From: a virus
DNA: 64,000 nt
Reading direction: 5' to 3' (one strand)
IMG/VR virus record: IMGVR_UViG_3300027792_000013
Span: 51,929 to 115,928 of that record
Shown: positions 29,172-36,327 of the stretch, in pieces
Layout: each line of letters opens with the position of its first letter
Numbering within the stretch: position 1 is the first letter of the stretch
Made by a program: the position numbers and the translations under genes
The notes under the pieces: generated by a model
The model's database searches: none
What the model was told of the DNA's origin: nothing
Seen by the model: the letters and a program-made list of their open reading frames with translations, nothing else

Positions 29172-29999
29172 TTATAATCTTCTTCTTGGTCTTCTCATTT
29201 TTATTTTTTTCGGTCTAATTGGTTTTATTTTTTTCATTTTTGTGGTTTTCATTGCTTTGCTAACCCTCGTTTTCATTTGTTTTAAAGTTTCGGGTCTAGC
29301 TTTTTTAGCCTTTAATTTTCTTTTTTTAGCCTCAAAAATTCTTTTATAGATATCTTGATTTGACTCTCTTTTAAATTCTTTAATTGGAATTTTTTCTTTG
29401 ACTTCTGGAGATCGTTTTCTTTTTAATCCCCGGCTCTCTTTGATTTTAACGTTCCGTTCCTCGGTGGTTTTCATTTTCTTTCTGGTATCACGATATACTT
29501 GAGCGGCTGTAATATCTACCCACTTTGCTCCAGGAGATTTTACAAGATCTAACCATTTGCTATACGGAATTTCATAAACTTTTCTGCCCATATGTGATGA
29601 CAAATATCGTTTTATTATTGCCAACCCTTCTTGGCTAAAAATTTTATATGCACTTTTTATATCGGAATATGGAAGATTTATTGGTGAATTTTTTTTAACA
29701 GCTTTTTGATTTGTTACAATAATTTTTTTGATAAAATATTCTCTAGTTCTGGGTGGTAAATAATGAAGGTTTAATCCTAACCAACCTCTAGATTTTCCTG
29801 CGGGGTATAATCCAATACAAAGACTTAATGGATGGGCATCATACCAAGGAAGTCTCCTTGGGGTTTCATGATACAATTTTGAAGTATAATCGAACGTATA
29901 TAGTTTTCCTATTTGAATTTTTATAGCTCTGGTAGTTTGAAATTGCTGAACAAACTGTTGCCAAAATTTTTCTTGTTGTGGTGAAATAACATTTGCCAT
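29172..29999 (-). CDS. gp2: gp2 DNA end protector with long basic C-terminal tail
   Basis: GKLYTFDY, LPWYD.HPL, LGLNLHYLPP, IKRYL.SH. Confidence 0.85.
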   Translation of the reverse strand: MANVISPQQEKFWQQFVQQFQTTRAIKIQIGKLYTFDYTSKLYHETPRRLPWYDAHPLSLCIGLYPAGKSRGWLGLNLHYLPPRTREYFIKKIIVTNQKAVKKNSPINLPYSDIKSAYKIFSQEGLAIIKRYLSSHMGRKVYEIPYSKWLDLVKSPGAKWVDITAAQVYRDTRKKMKTTEERNVKIKESRGLKRKRSPEVKEKIPIKEFKRESNQDIYKRIFEAKKRKLKAKKARPETLKQMKTRVSKAMKTTKMKKIKPIRPKKIKMRRPRRRL

Positions 30000-32350
30000 T
30001 ATTCTGGAATCCCAAATAATAATGATTTTACATTCATTAGAATCGATAGATCATCTATAGTGATTCTTCGATCTTCAGAATTCATAATTTGTTGCATAAC
30101 TATTGGAGATCCTGGTGGCTGTGTTGGTTGACTCCGAGTACCCATATAAGCATCCCCAACCTCTTTAGGAGAATCTTGTTGGTCACATTCTCGGGCTCTA
30201 GACAATCTATTAGAAACACTGGCTAATGATATTCCTTTTGGTTGAACGTGCCATGGTTCTTTTTTTCTGCCTGGCGGAGGCCTAAGGAATGGTCTGTGAA
30301 GACCATATTTTCTTAGTAATCCCATTTGATCTATTTTATTTAGATCTTCTGAATTGGCATCAAACGCCCACCCATATTCATGAAGAGATCTTCCTGGGGG
30401 GGCTGCTTTATCGGGAAATTTAGCATATAGATTTGCCTGTTCTTCTGAACTTCTAAATCCGGATGTTATTGTTAAATTTTTTCCTGTTTTGTCTTTATAT
30501 TCGGCACCAACCCCGACTAAAGCAGAATAAAGATCTGGTTGTAACCCAGATACATCAACTCTTGAATTAGCTAAATTAAATGGTTCTTGTGTTAAATCTT
30601 GTTTTTCTTCTTTTGGAATTATAGTTCGCATTTTTTCTAAATTTGTTTTTGTTTCACTTGGAGGCAAAGTTATTTGAGGTATATAAGCATCACCAATTTG
30701 ATTTATTTTGTCTTTCCATTTCGCTCCAAATTTTCCTTGTCTCATCCATTTTTCTAAATACTTTACAATATTAGCTGGTGTACTATCATCTCCAAGGGCA
30801 TCAACGACTTTAGCCCTCATTTTTGCTTCTTCGGCTTTATTGAGTCCAATTTTTGATCTAATATCTTTCCAACGTTCGACTCTTTTTCTTGTTAAAGTAG
30901 TTTCTGTATCATCTTGTAATTGGGAAATTTGAATGTCTTCTTGTTCTGAGATTTGCTTTATTTTTTTGTTGGAGTACATTCCTAGAGCTGCAATAGGGGC
31001 ACCAAGAACAGCTCCCCCGGCAATTCCACCTAATAAACTACCAACCCCACCAAATCCTGCACCAGCTCCGGTTGGAATAGCACCTTTCCCCAAAGCTTTT
31101 AATCCACCTAATAAACCCCCCGGTTTTGTTAGGGTATCAATAAAATCTGATTTTTTTTCTTTCTTTTTTTCTTTTTTATTTTTTTCTTGTTCTTCTACAA
31201 GGGCAGCAGTATTTTCGGATATTTCTTTTAAAAAGAAATCTCGGTTTTCCCAATCTTCTTTACTATTGGTTTCCTGGGACAATCTCATTTGTTGGTAGGT
31301 ATTGTCTTCTACATCTTTTAGAAGTTCTTGTGTTTGTTGAGTTTCTTGTTTAGGAGCAGAATATTTTTCTCTGATTTTTCTTTCGGTTTCCCATTCTTCA
31401 GGGGAACTAGCTTTTAAAAATTCATTTAAACCACCACCCACTTGCTCATACATTTCTTGTGATGATGGTGGTCTTATACTTTTTTTGATGGTTGGTTCAG
31501 GAGTTCCACTAATCTTTTTTTGTTGATATTTTTCTCTAATTCGTTTTTCGGTTTCCCATTCTTCAGGAGAACTCATTCTTAAAAATTCACTTAGATCACC
31601 CCCGGATTCTTCAAATAATTTGCCTATATCTGGTTTACTTTCTTTGACCGTCTTTGATTTTCTTGTTAATTCTCCAGAAGTAGTTTCGACATCTCTCATT
31701 TGGGCTGAAATCTGCTGTTTCAATCTGTATCTTCTAGTCTCATCCATTTTTCGTAGAAATTCCAATTGCTTTTCATATCGTTCTCTGGTCTTTGCTTTTT
31801 TTTCTTTGATTTTTTGAGTTAACCAAGCTCCTGCCAACATCAAACCAGGACTATCTGTTAATAATCCTAAAGCTCCGCCAAGAGTTTCCGGTAAATTTTC
31901 TTTTTTGAGTCGTTCTTTAAGTCTTCCTTTTAGTGTCTCTTCTTTTAGTTTGTATTGACCTTTTTTTATAGTGCCGCCCTTTCTTGTAAATTCTCCTTCG
32001 GCTATTTTAGTAACTTTTCCAACCAATCTTTTTATTCGTTCTTTTTCTGCTCCGGTTATTTGTTTTTGTCTGAACATGGTTTCAACAGCGTCTTGAATTC
32101 CATGTAGTTCCTTTATATAGTTTCTAACATCACTAGTTTCAACAACTGTTGTCAAACCTTCGATTATATTGTTGATTTCTTTGTAGATTTCAACTACTTC
32201 ATCTCGAACGACTTTGCCAGATTTTATATCGGAAAGAATATCTTTACTTTGTAATTTATTGGCTTTCTGAATAACAGATTCAACGAATTTTCTTTCTTCA
32301 AAAATTTTTCTTTTTTGTTTAATCTCTTGTTTTGTTATCGTATTTGGCAT
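29999..32350 (-). CDS. Putative tape-measure/baseplate hub protein with C-terminal M15 (D-Ala-D-Ala peptidase-like) domain
   Basis: Long helical region, Gly-rich hydrophobic segment, ITSGFRS..EQ..LY...AAPPGRSLHEYG.AFD...EPWH; late promoter at 32368-32375. Confidence 0.7.
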   Translation of the reverse strand: MPNTITKQEIKQKRKIFEERKFVESVIQKANKLQSKDILSDIKSGKVVRDEVVEIYKEINNIIEGLTTVVETSDVRNYIKELHGIQDAVETMFRQKQITGAEKERIKRLVGKVTKIAEGEFTRKGGTIKKGQYKLKEETLKGRLKERLKKENLPETLGGALGLLTDSPGLMLAGAWLTQKIKEKKAKTRERYEKQLEFLRKMDETRRYRLKQQISAQMRDVETTSGELTRKSKTVKESKPDIGKLFEESGGDLSEFLRMSSPEEWETEKRIREKYQQKKISGTPEPTIKKSIRPPSSQEMYEQVGGGLNEFLKASSPEEWETERKIREKYSAPKQETQQTQELLKDVEDNTYQQMRLSQETNSKEDWENRDFFLKEISENTAALVEEQEKNKKEKKKEKKSDFIDTLTKPGGLLGGLKALGKGAIPTGAGAGFGGVGSLLGGIAGGAVLGAPIAALGMYSNKKIKQISEQEDIQISQLQDDTETTLTRKRVERWKDIRSKIGLNKAEEAKMRAKVVDALGDDSTPANIVKYLEKWMRQGKFGAKWKDKINQIGDAYIPQITLPPSETKTNLEKMRTIIPKEEKQDLTQEPFNLANSRVDVSGLQPDLYSALVGVGAEYKDKTGKNLTITSGFRSSEEQANLYAKFPDKAAPPGRSLHEYGWAFDANSEDLNKIDQMGLLRKYGLHRPFLRPPPGRKKEPWHVQPKGISLASVSNRLSRARECDQQDSPKEVGDAYMGTRSQPTQPPGSPIVMQQIMNSEDRRITIDDLSILMNVKSLLFGIPE

Positions 32351-32382
32351 TTTTGATCCTCATATAATATTTATATGATGAC

Positions 32383-32562
32383 CTACTTTTTACCTCTTTT
32401 CTTTTTTTCTAATTCAGCTATATGTACATCAACAAAAATGTCGAATAGATAAGGTGGTAAATTAACTATTTCAGAAAAATTAAAAGGAAATCTTTGCAAA
32501 GTCAACGAATAATAAATATCTTGTATATGAGAAATACTATTGCTATAATGAACTATGTTGCT
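32383..32562 (-). CDS. gp51-like C-terminal extension, probably reached by -1 frameshift from gp26 (59 aa, no ATG/GTG)
   Basis: SNIVHYSNSISHIQDIYYSLTLQRFPFNFSEIVNLPPYLFDIFVDVHIAELEKKKRGKK*; frame opens just before TTTTTTA at 32562-32568. Confidence 0.65.
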   Translation of the reverse strand, partial: SNIVHYSNSISHIQDIYYSLTLQRFPFNFSEIVNLPPYLFDIFVDVHIAELEKKKRGKK

Positions 32563-33287
32563 AAAAAAAGTATAGGATCTCCTGTTCTAAAGTGGATTTC
32601 ACTTTTACATTCTGGACAATTCCAAGTAAAATCCATTACAATTTTAGGTTCTTTTTTGAACCAATCGAGAATTTTTTGATATTGTGCTTCATTCAGATCA
32701 TCAATGAATTTCTTTTTTCCTTCGGTGTCAAGTTCAAATCTTTCATCTCCAAGCAAAACAGATCGAATATGTGATTCGAAAAGTTCAAGATTTGCAACTT
32801 TAATTGGTTTCTTCTTTTGATCTTTCAAATTTGATAAATATGAGAAATTTGAAAACATCAATTCGATTCCATATTTTTTTTGTTTATCAAAAATAATAGT
32901 AGAATCCAGAAACTTTTCACCTTCAACTGATACTATTTTTGTTAAATCGTATTCTGCCAGCTCTGAACTTTCATGTTTTTTGCATTTTTCATTTTCACAT
33001 GTCAAATCAAATTGGATTAAACTACCCTTTGACATCAAACGCAGATTGTACATGAGCCATGCGATTTCAACAAATGGAAGATCATCTACAATTGTTGGCG
33101 TCTTAAATTTTACTGTATTTTTGATTACCTGTACTACCGCCAAATATAGATCCGAACTGGAATCACTGTCAGCACCCATCAATAAAATTCTTTCTTCTCC
33201 CATTCTGTAAGGTCTAATAGAAACTGTTTCTCTTTTTGTAAGCAATTCTACTTGCTTTTCTTCGACTGGTATTTCCCATGGATTCAT
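32553..33287 (-). CDS. gp26: gp26-like baseplate hub / tail assembly chaperone (start MNPWEIP)
   Basis: IRPYRMGEERILL, LPFVEI.WL..NLRLMSKG, CENEKC...CPEC; AAGGAG RBS before Met at 33287. Confidence 0.82.
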   Translation of the reverse strand: MNPWEIPVEEKQVELLTKRETVSIRPYRMGEERILLMGADSDSSSDLYLAVVQVIKNTVKFKTPTIVDDLPFVEIAWLMYNLRLMSKGSLIQFDLTCENEKCKKHESSELAEYDLTKIVSVEGEKFLDSTIIFDKQKKYGIELMFSNFSYLSNLKDQKKKPIKVANLELFESHIRSVLLGDERFELDTEGKKKFIDDLNEAQYQKILDWFKKEPKIVMDFTWNCPECKSEIHFRTGDPILFLAT

Positions 33288-33297
33288 TTTTTTCTCC

Positions 33298-33465
33298 TTA
33301 TCGATGCCATGAAATTGAATATTCACCGCACGTTGAGCATTCTGATACTTGAACATTAAAAGGAATATTTGGGTCATCATCCTCAACAAATTCGTGCCCA
33401 CTTATTGGACACATATGACGAAATGATAACCATAAACCGCGAATAAAACATATAAGTTTCATCAT
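33298..33465 (-). CDS. Small Cys/His protein (55 aa, MMKLICFIRG...CSTCGEYSISWHR), not in the ORF track
   Basis: GGAGG RBS; fills the gap exactly. Confidence 0.55.
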   Translation of the reverse strand: MMKLICFIRGLWLSFRHMCPISGHEFVEDDDPNIPFNVQVSECSTCGEYSISWHR

Positions 33466-33741
33466 TTACCTCCATTTAGAATCTGGGATTGAATTTTCAA
33501 ATATAAATAGATCCTGAGCTATTCCATTTTCGTCCACATATAATTGAGTGATAACCTGAACAAGATCCCACCCAACACAAGATTCTGAATTTAAAAATGT
33601 TGTAATATTGTCTAAAATTTTTGTACTGTCAAATATGTTTATTTTTTCTGTAATTGAAGGTTTTGGAATTATTTTATAGTTTTTCATTTTTTTCCCAAGA
33701 TATTGAAGGCTCACCATCAAAAAATTCGGTTTCAAACCCAA
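33466..33741 (-). CDS. Hypothetical protein (GWDLVQ; likely start MKNYK)
   Basis: Co-oriented small ORF. Confidence 0.5.
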   Translation of the reverse strand: MGLKPNFLMVSLQYLGKKMKNYKIIPKPSITEKINIFDSTKILDNITTFLNSESCVGWDLVQVITQLYVDENGIAQDLFIFENSIPDSKWR

Positions 33742-34012
33742 TAGTACGAAAATCTTTTAAAATTTCTTCTTGTATATCATAAACTTCTGTTGAATTGTCC
33801 TCAAATTCTGGGAAAAGAGATGCTATTTGTCGCCGTATATTTAATTGTCCAGTACTTTTTCTACCGTTTATTGCTGCAATAAAAATCTTTGTTTCTATAA
33901 TTTTAATTATGTCATTTTCGGGATTGAGTGTTGATTGGAAACTTATTTTCTTTGCGATATCTGGTGTTATGTACATTTTTTTACTCCTTTTTGTTACCGC
34001 ATTCAACTTCAA
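33674..34012 (-). CDS. Hypothetical protein
   Basis: Likely start MYITP with AAGGAG RBS. Confidence 0.55.
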   Translation of the reverse strand: MKLNAVTKRSKKMYITPDIAKKISFQSTLNPENDIIKIIETKIFIAAINGRKSTGQLNIRRQIASLFPEFEDNSTEVYDIQEEILKDFRTIGFETEFFDGEPSISWEKNEKL

Positions 34013-34295
34013 AACTAAAGTTGATAAATTCGCTATTAATGGATGCTGTACGTTGAATATAGATATCTATAGCAAATTTGCCCAATTTAATCATATCAAG
34101 AGTATTGTTACTTTCATCACATATAACACTATGGCCGAATATTATGTTTGCGTATTTTAATAAATTTAATTCCAATTCAATCTTTGTTTTAATCCAACTC
34201 CTATGAATTTCATCGTTGGGTTTAAAAATCAATTTTTCAATTATCGGTTCTGTAATTTTCTTTATTTTTGTTATTAATTCTTCTTTAGTTATCAT
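33981..34295 (-). CDS. Stand-alone tail-sheath C-terminal-domain-like protein
   Basis: IFKPNDE..R, VICDESNNT...I..G.F.IDIYI resembles the gp18 C-terminus in this window (VCDTTNNTPYIIDNNAFVGDIYIKP). Confidence 0.6.
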   Translation of the reverse strand: MITKEELITKIKKITEPIIEKLIFKPNDEIHRSWIKTKIELELNLLKYANIIFGHSVICDESNNTLDMIKLGKFAIDIYIQRTASINSEFINFSFEVECGNKKE

Positions 34296-34341
34296 TTTTG
34301 TTTTCTTTAAATAGAGTCGGTTTTTTTATTTTCATTGGTAC

Positions 34342-34611
34342 CTATTGTTCTGGCACGTAGTTCGCCGGATCGCCAGCAACATAAGCGTTTTTTCCCAATG
34401 CTGCCATTAATGCACCCAAAAAACCACAAAGCAGCATCGTCTTTTGTTCTTCATCGCCTCTATAATATGCGTCATAAAACAATTTTCGCTCGGTTTCGGA
34501 TGCCAATAATTCCGGATTACAACACGAAAAATCTGGACAACATTGACCTGATTCATAATCATGCCGCGAAGTACCCTTTAACCACAATTCTAGTTGTTTT
34601 TTTTGAGTCAC
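34342..34611 (-). CDS. Hypothetical protein with CCPDFSCC motif
   Basis: Higher-GC ORF directly downstream of the structured RNA island. Confidence 0.6.
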   Translation of the reverse strand: MTQKKQLELWLKGTSRHDYESGQCCPDFSCCNPELLASETERKLFYDAYYRGDEEQKTMLLCGFLGALMAALGKNAYVAGDPANYVPEQ

Positions 34612-34630
34612 AATTTACCCCTTAAAAAAA

Positions 34631-34770
34631 GGCCAGCGGGCCGGTCGCTACTCCGGCTTGCTCCGGTTGCCGACAACCGTAAGTCGCATATGCTGCGTAA
34701 TGTGGGTAAGTCGGTGTACCTAATCTCCGCAGCGAAGGCGTGTCCGCGATTTTCCACGCCGCCGCTGGCC
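34631..34770 (-). ncRNA. Putative tRNA-like structured RNA, unit B
   Basis: 9-bp closing stem GGCCAGCGG/CCGCTGGCC with internal stems GGCGTG/CACGCC, GCTGCG/CGCAGC, GGTTG/CAACC, GCCGG/CCGGC, followed by T7. Confidence 0.6.
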
Positions 34771-34781
34771 GTATTATTGCT

Positions 34782-34869
34782 TATGGACAGAGGGCCGGTG
34801 TTCTTAGCGCGCTCCAACCGGCGGTTCCATTTGGTTTTAGTACCCCGGATTGCTCCGCCTCTGTCCATA
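34782..34869 (-). ncRNA. Putative tRNA-like structured RNA, unit A
   Basis: 12-bp closing stem TATGGACAGAGG/CCTCTGTCCATA, CGGA-GCAA-TCCG GNRA hairpin, GCCGGT/ACCGGC arm abutting the closing stem. Confidence 0.55.
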
Positions 34870-34943
34870 TTATTGCGGGGGCCGGGCCTGTCAATTCTTT
34901 TGATTTCATCTTCTACAGAGTTAATTAATTCACTCATGACTAA

Positions 34944-34971
34944 ATTATAAAGTAGAACAGAAAAAAACTTA
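34944..34971 (-). promoter_or_regulatory. AAGTT-N16-TATAAT promoter upstream of the GC-rich RNA island
   Basis: TTAAGTT tttttctgttctactt TATAAT. Confidence 0.68.
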
Positions 34972-34975
34972 ATGA

Positions 34976-35218
34976 TTACGCAGTTTTAATTTGTTTTTCT
35001 TGAGATGTTAACCTATTAATTTCATCTCTCTTTCGTTTTATCTGAATTCGAATTTGCTCTATTTGTCTTGCTGTATCACGATTAAGAGTTTTGCTTGATC
35101 TGACATGTTTAATTTGATTTTCAAGATCTGCGATTTGTTTGTGCAATCGTTCTTTTTGTGCTTGTTTGTATATCTCGGTTGACTTATCACCTTCTAAAAA
35201 AATTTCTGTGCCTTTCAT
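34976..35218 (-). CDS. Small coiled-coil protein with MKGTEIFLE N-terminus
   Basis: AGGAG RBS before Met at 35218. Confidence 0.65.
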   Translation of the reverse strand: MKGTEIFLEGDKSTEIYKQAQKERLHKQIADLENQIKHVRSSKTLNRDTARQIEQIRIQIKRKRDEINRLTSQEKQIKTA

Positions 35219-35229
35219 TTTAAATCTCC

Positions 35230-35733
35230 TTATTCCCAAGTTACATATAAAAAATTGACAGTGAATTCCAAAGGTTGATTGGTAAGATCCCAATTCAATG
35301 GAACTTCGGAAACCTCTTCCGGAATACAATCCTTGAACGTAATTGTTCTTATAGTTTGCATTGATCTATTATAGACATCAACTATTACATCGGATTTAAC
35401 GTTATCGAAAAAATCAACAGTCAATGTTTTTTTCGAATAAATTGCGTCAAACCATTTGCTAAACCCATTCCATACTTTAAACTCAGAATCAGAGAAAAAT
35501 GTTACTGGTAACAAACTGAAATTTAATCCACTTGGAACATTCAGTTTTAAACCATAATATGAGTACCCAGAAGAATTTAATTTTTGGCTTGGGAGTACTG
35601 CCCCTTTTGCAAAAAAGGTGCATCCAAATCTTCCCATATCTCCAAAATATTTTTGACCATTTGAAACAGTGACCTTGAACTTATTTGTTACCGCTACATC
35701 TTTGAATTGTGATTTAAATTGTTCAAGGTTCAT
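35230..35733 (-). CDS. Tail tube-like paralog (gp19/gp54 fold)
   Basis: Similar to the adjacent gp19 (NKFKV, KGAVLP, L.WD....P.EF.V.F.Y..W). Confidence 0.75.
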   Translation of the reverse strand: MNLEQFKSQFKDVAVTNKFKVTVSNGQKYFGDMGRFGCTFFAKGAVLPSQKLNSSGYSYYGLKLNVPSGLNFSLLPVTFFSDSEFKVWNGFSKWFDAIYSKKTLTVDFFDNVKSDVIVDVYNRSMQTIRTITFKDCIPEEVSEVPLNWDLTNQPLEFTVNFLYVTWE

Positions 35734-36245
35734 TATTTTGTGGTGTCACTTGTCCAATAATCATACTTAAATGTTACTGAATATTCTTCTGGAGTATCCG
35801 TTGTATCCCAAGATAAATTGATTACATCACCACAGTTTTGTGGATATGCCCCTACGATAGTATATGATTTCAAAATTTCCTGTTTACTACCTAATTGAAC
35901 TACAAGAAGATCTCGTTTTACCTCTTGAAGTAAACTAAATCCGATATTTTGTTTTGTATTATTTATTAGCTCGCCCCATTCTTCTAGTTTTCGTCGAATT
36001 GTATATCCGATGTCATTATATACATGTACCGTCCAATCTTCATAGTCAGGATCTCCAGGAATTTGAACTTTTCTACCCATAAAACTCATTGCAAATCCCC
36101 CATTACTTTTCGTGGGAATAGAAGCCCCTTTGCAATGAAAACTATGATTCAGTGGGGTTCCTGTTGGAAATTGAAGAGTAACTAGAAATAACGTCGGTCT
36201 AGCGACGTTACCAAACATCGCTTTATATCCTTCAATACTTAGCAT
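35733..36245 (-). CDS. gp19: gp19 tail tube protein
   Basis: ARPTLF, FMGRKVQIPGD..YEDWTV..YND, GAYP, LSWD, YSVTFKYDYW. Confidence 0.92.
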   Translation of the reverse strand: MLSIEGYKAMFGNVARPTLFLVTLQFPTGTPLNHSFHCKGASIPTKSNGGFAMSFMGRKVQIPGDPDYEDWTVHVYNDIGYTIRRKLEEWGELINNTKQNIGFSLLQEVKRDLLVVQLGSKQEILKSYTIVGAYPQNCGDVINLSWDTTDTPEEYSVTFKYDYWTSDTTK

Positions 36246-36260
36246 TATATCCTCCTTTGG

Positions 36261-36301
36261 TATAACCAGGAGGGGATCTTACAAATCCCCTCCTGGTTAT
36301 A
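36261..36301 (-). terminator. 17-bp perfect stem-loop after the major capsid gene (terminator or processing/stability hairpin)
   Basis: TATAACCAGGAGGGGAT-7 nt-ATCCCCTCCTGGTTATA; no U-tract on the sense strand. Confidence 0.65.
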
Positions 36302-36327
36302 TTAACTTCTATTACTACGAGCACTTT

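Noticed and set aside
32500-32555. TAG readthrough or stop-codon recoding at the end of gp26
   Set aside because: Zero-frame readthrough gives only about 16 residues before TGA; TAG, TGA and TAA all end conserved genes at expected lengths, so the standard code applies
34631-34869. Canonical tRNA or tmRNA call
   Set aside because: No TTCRA T-loop, no clear 7-nt anticodon loop, no CCA, no tmRNA termini or tag ORF
34608-34937. 109-aa minus-strand ORF and overlapping plus-strand ORFs across the GC-rich island
   Set aside because: Atypical composition, and several frames are open simply because of high GC; dense base pairing explains the sequence better. A short leader peptide is not excluded.
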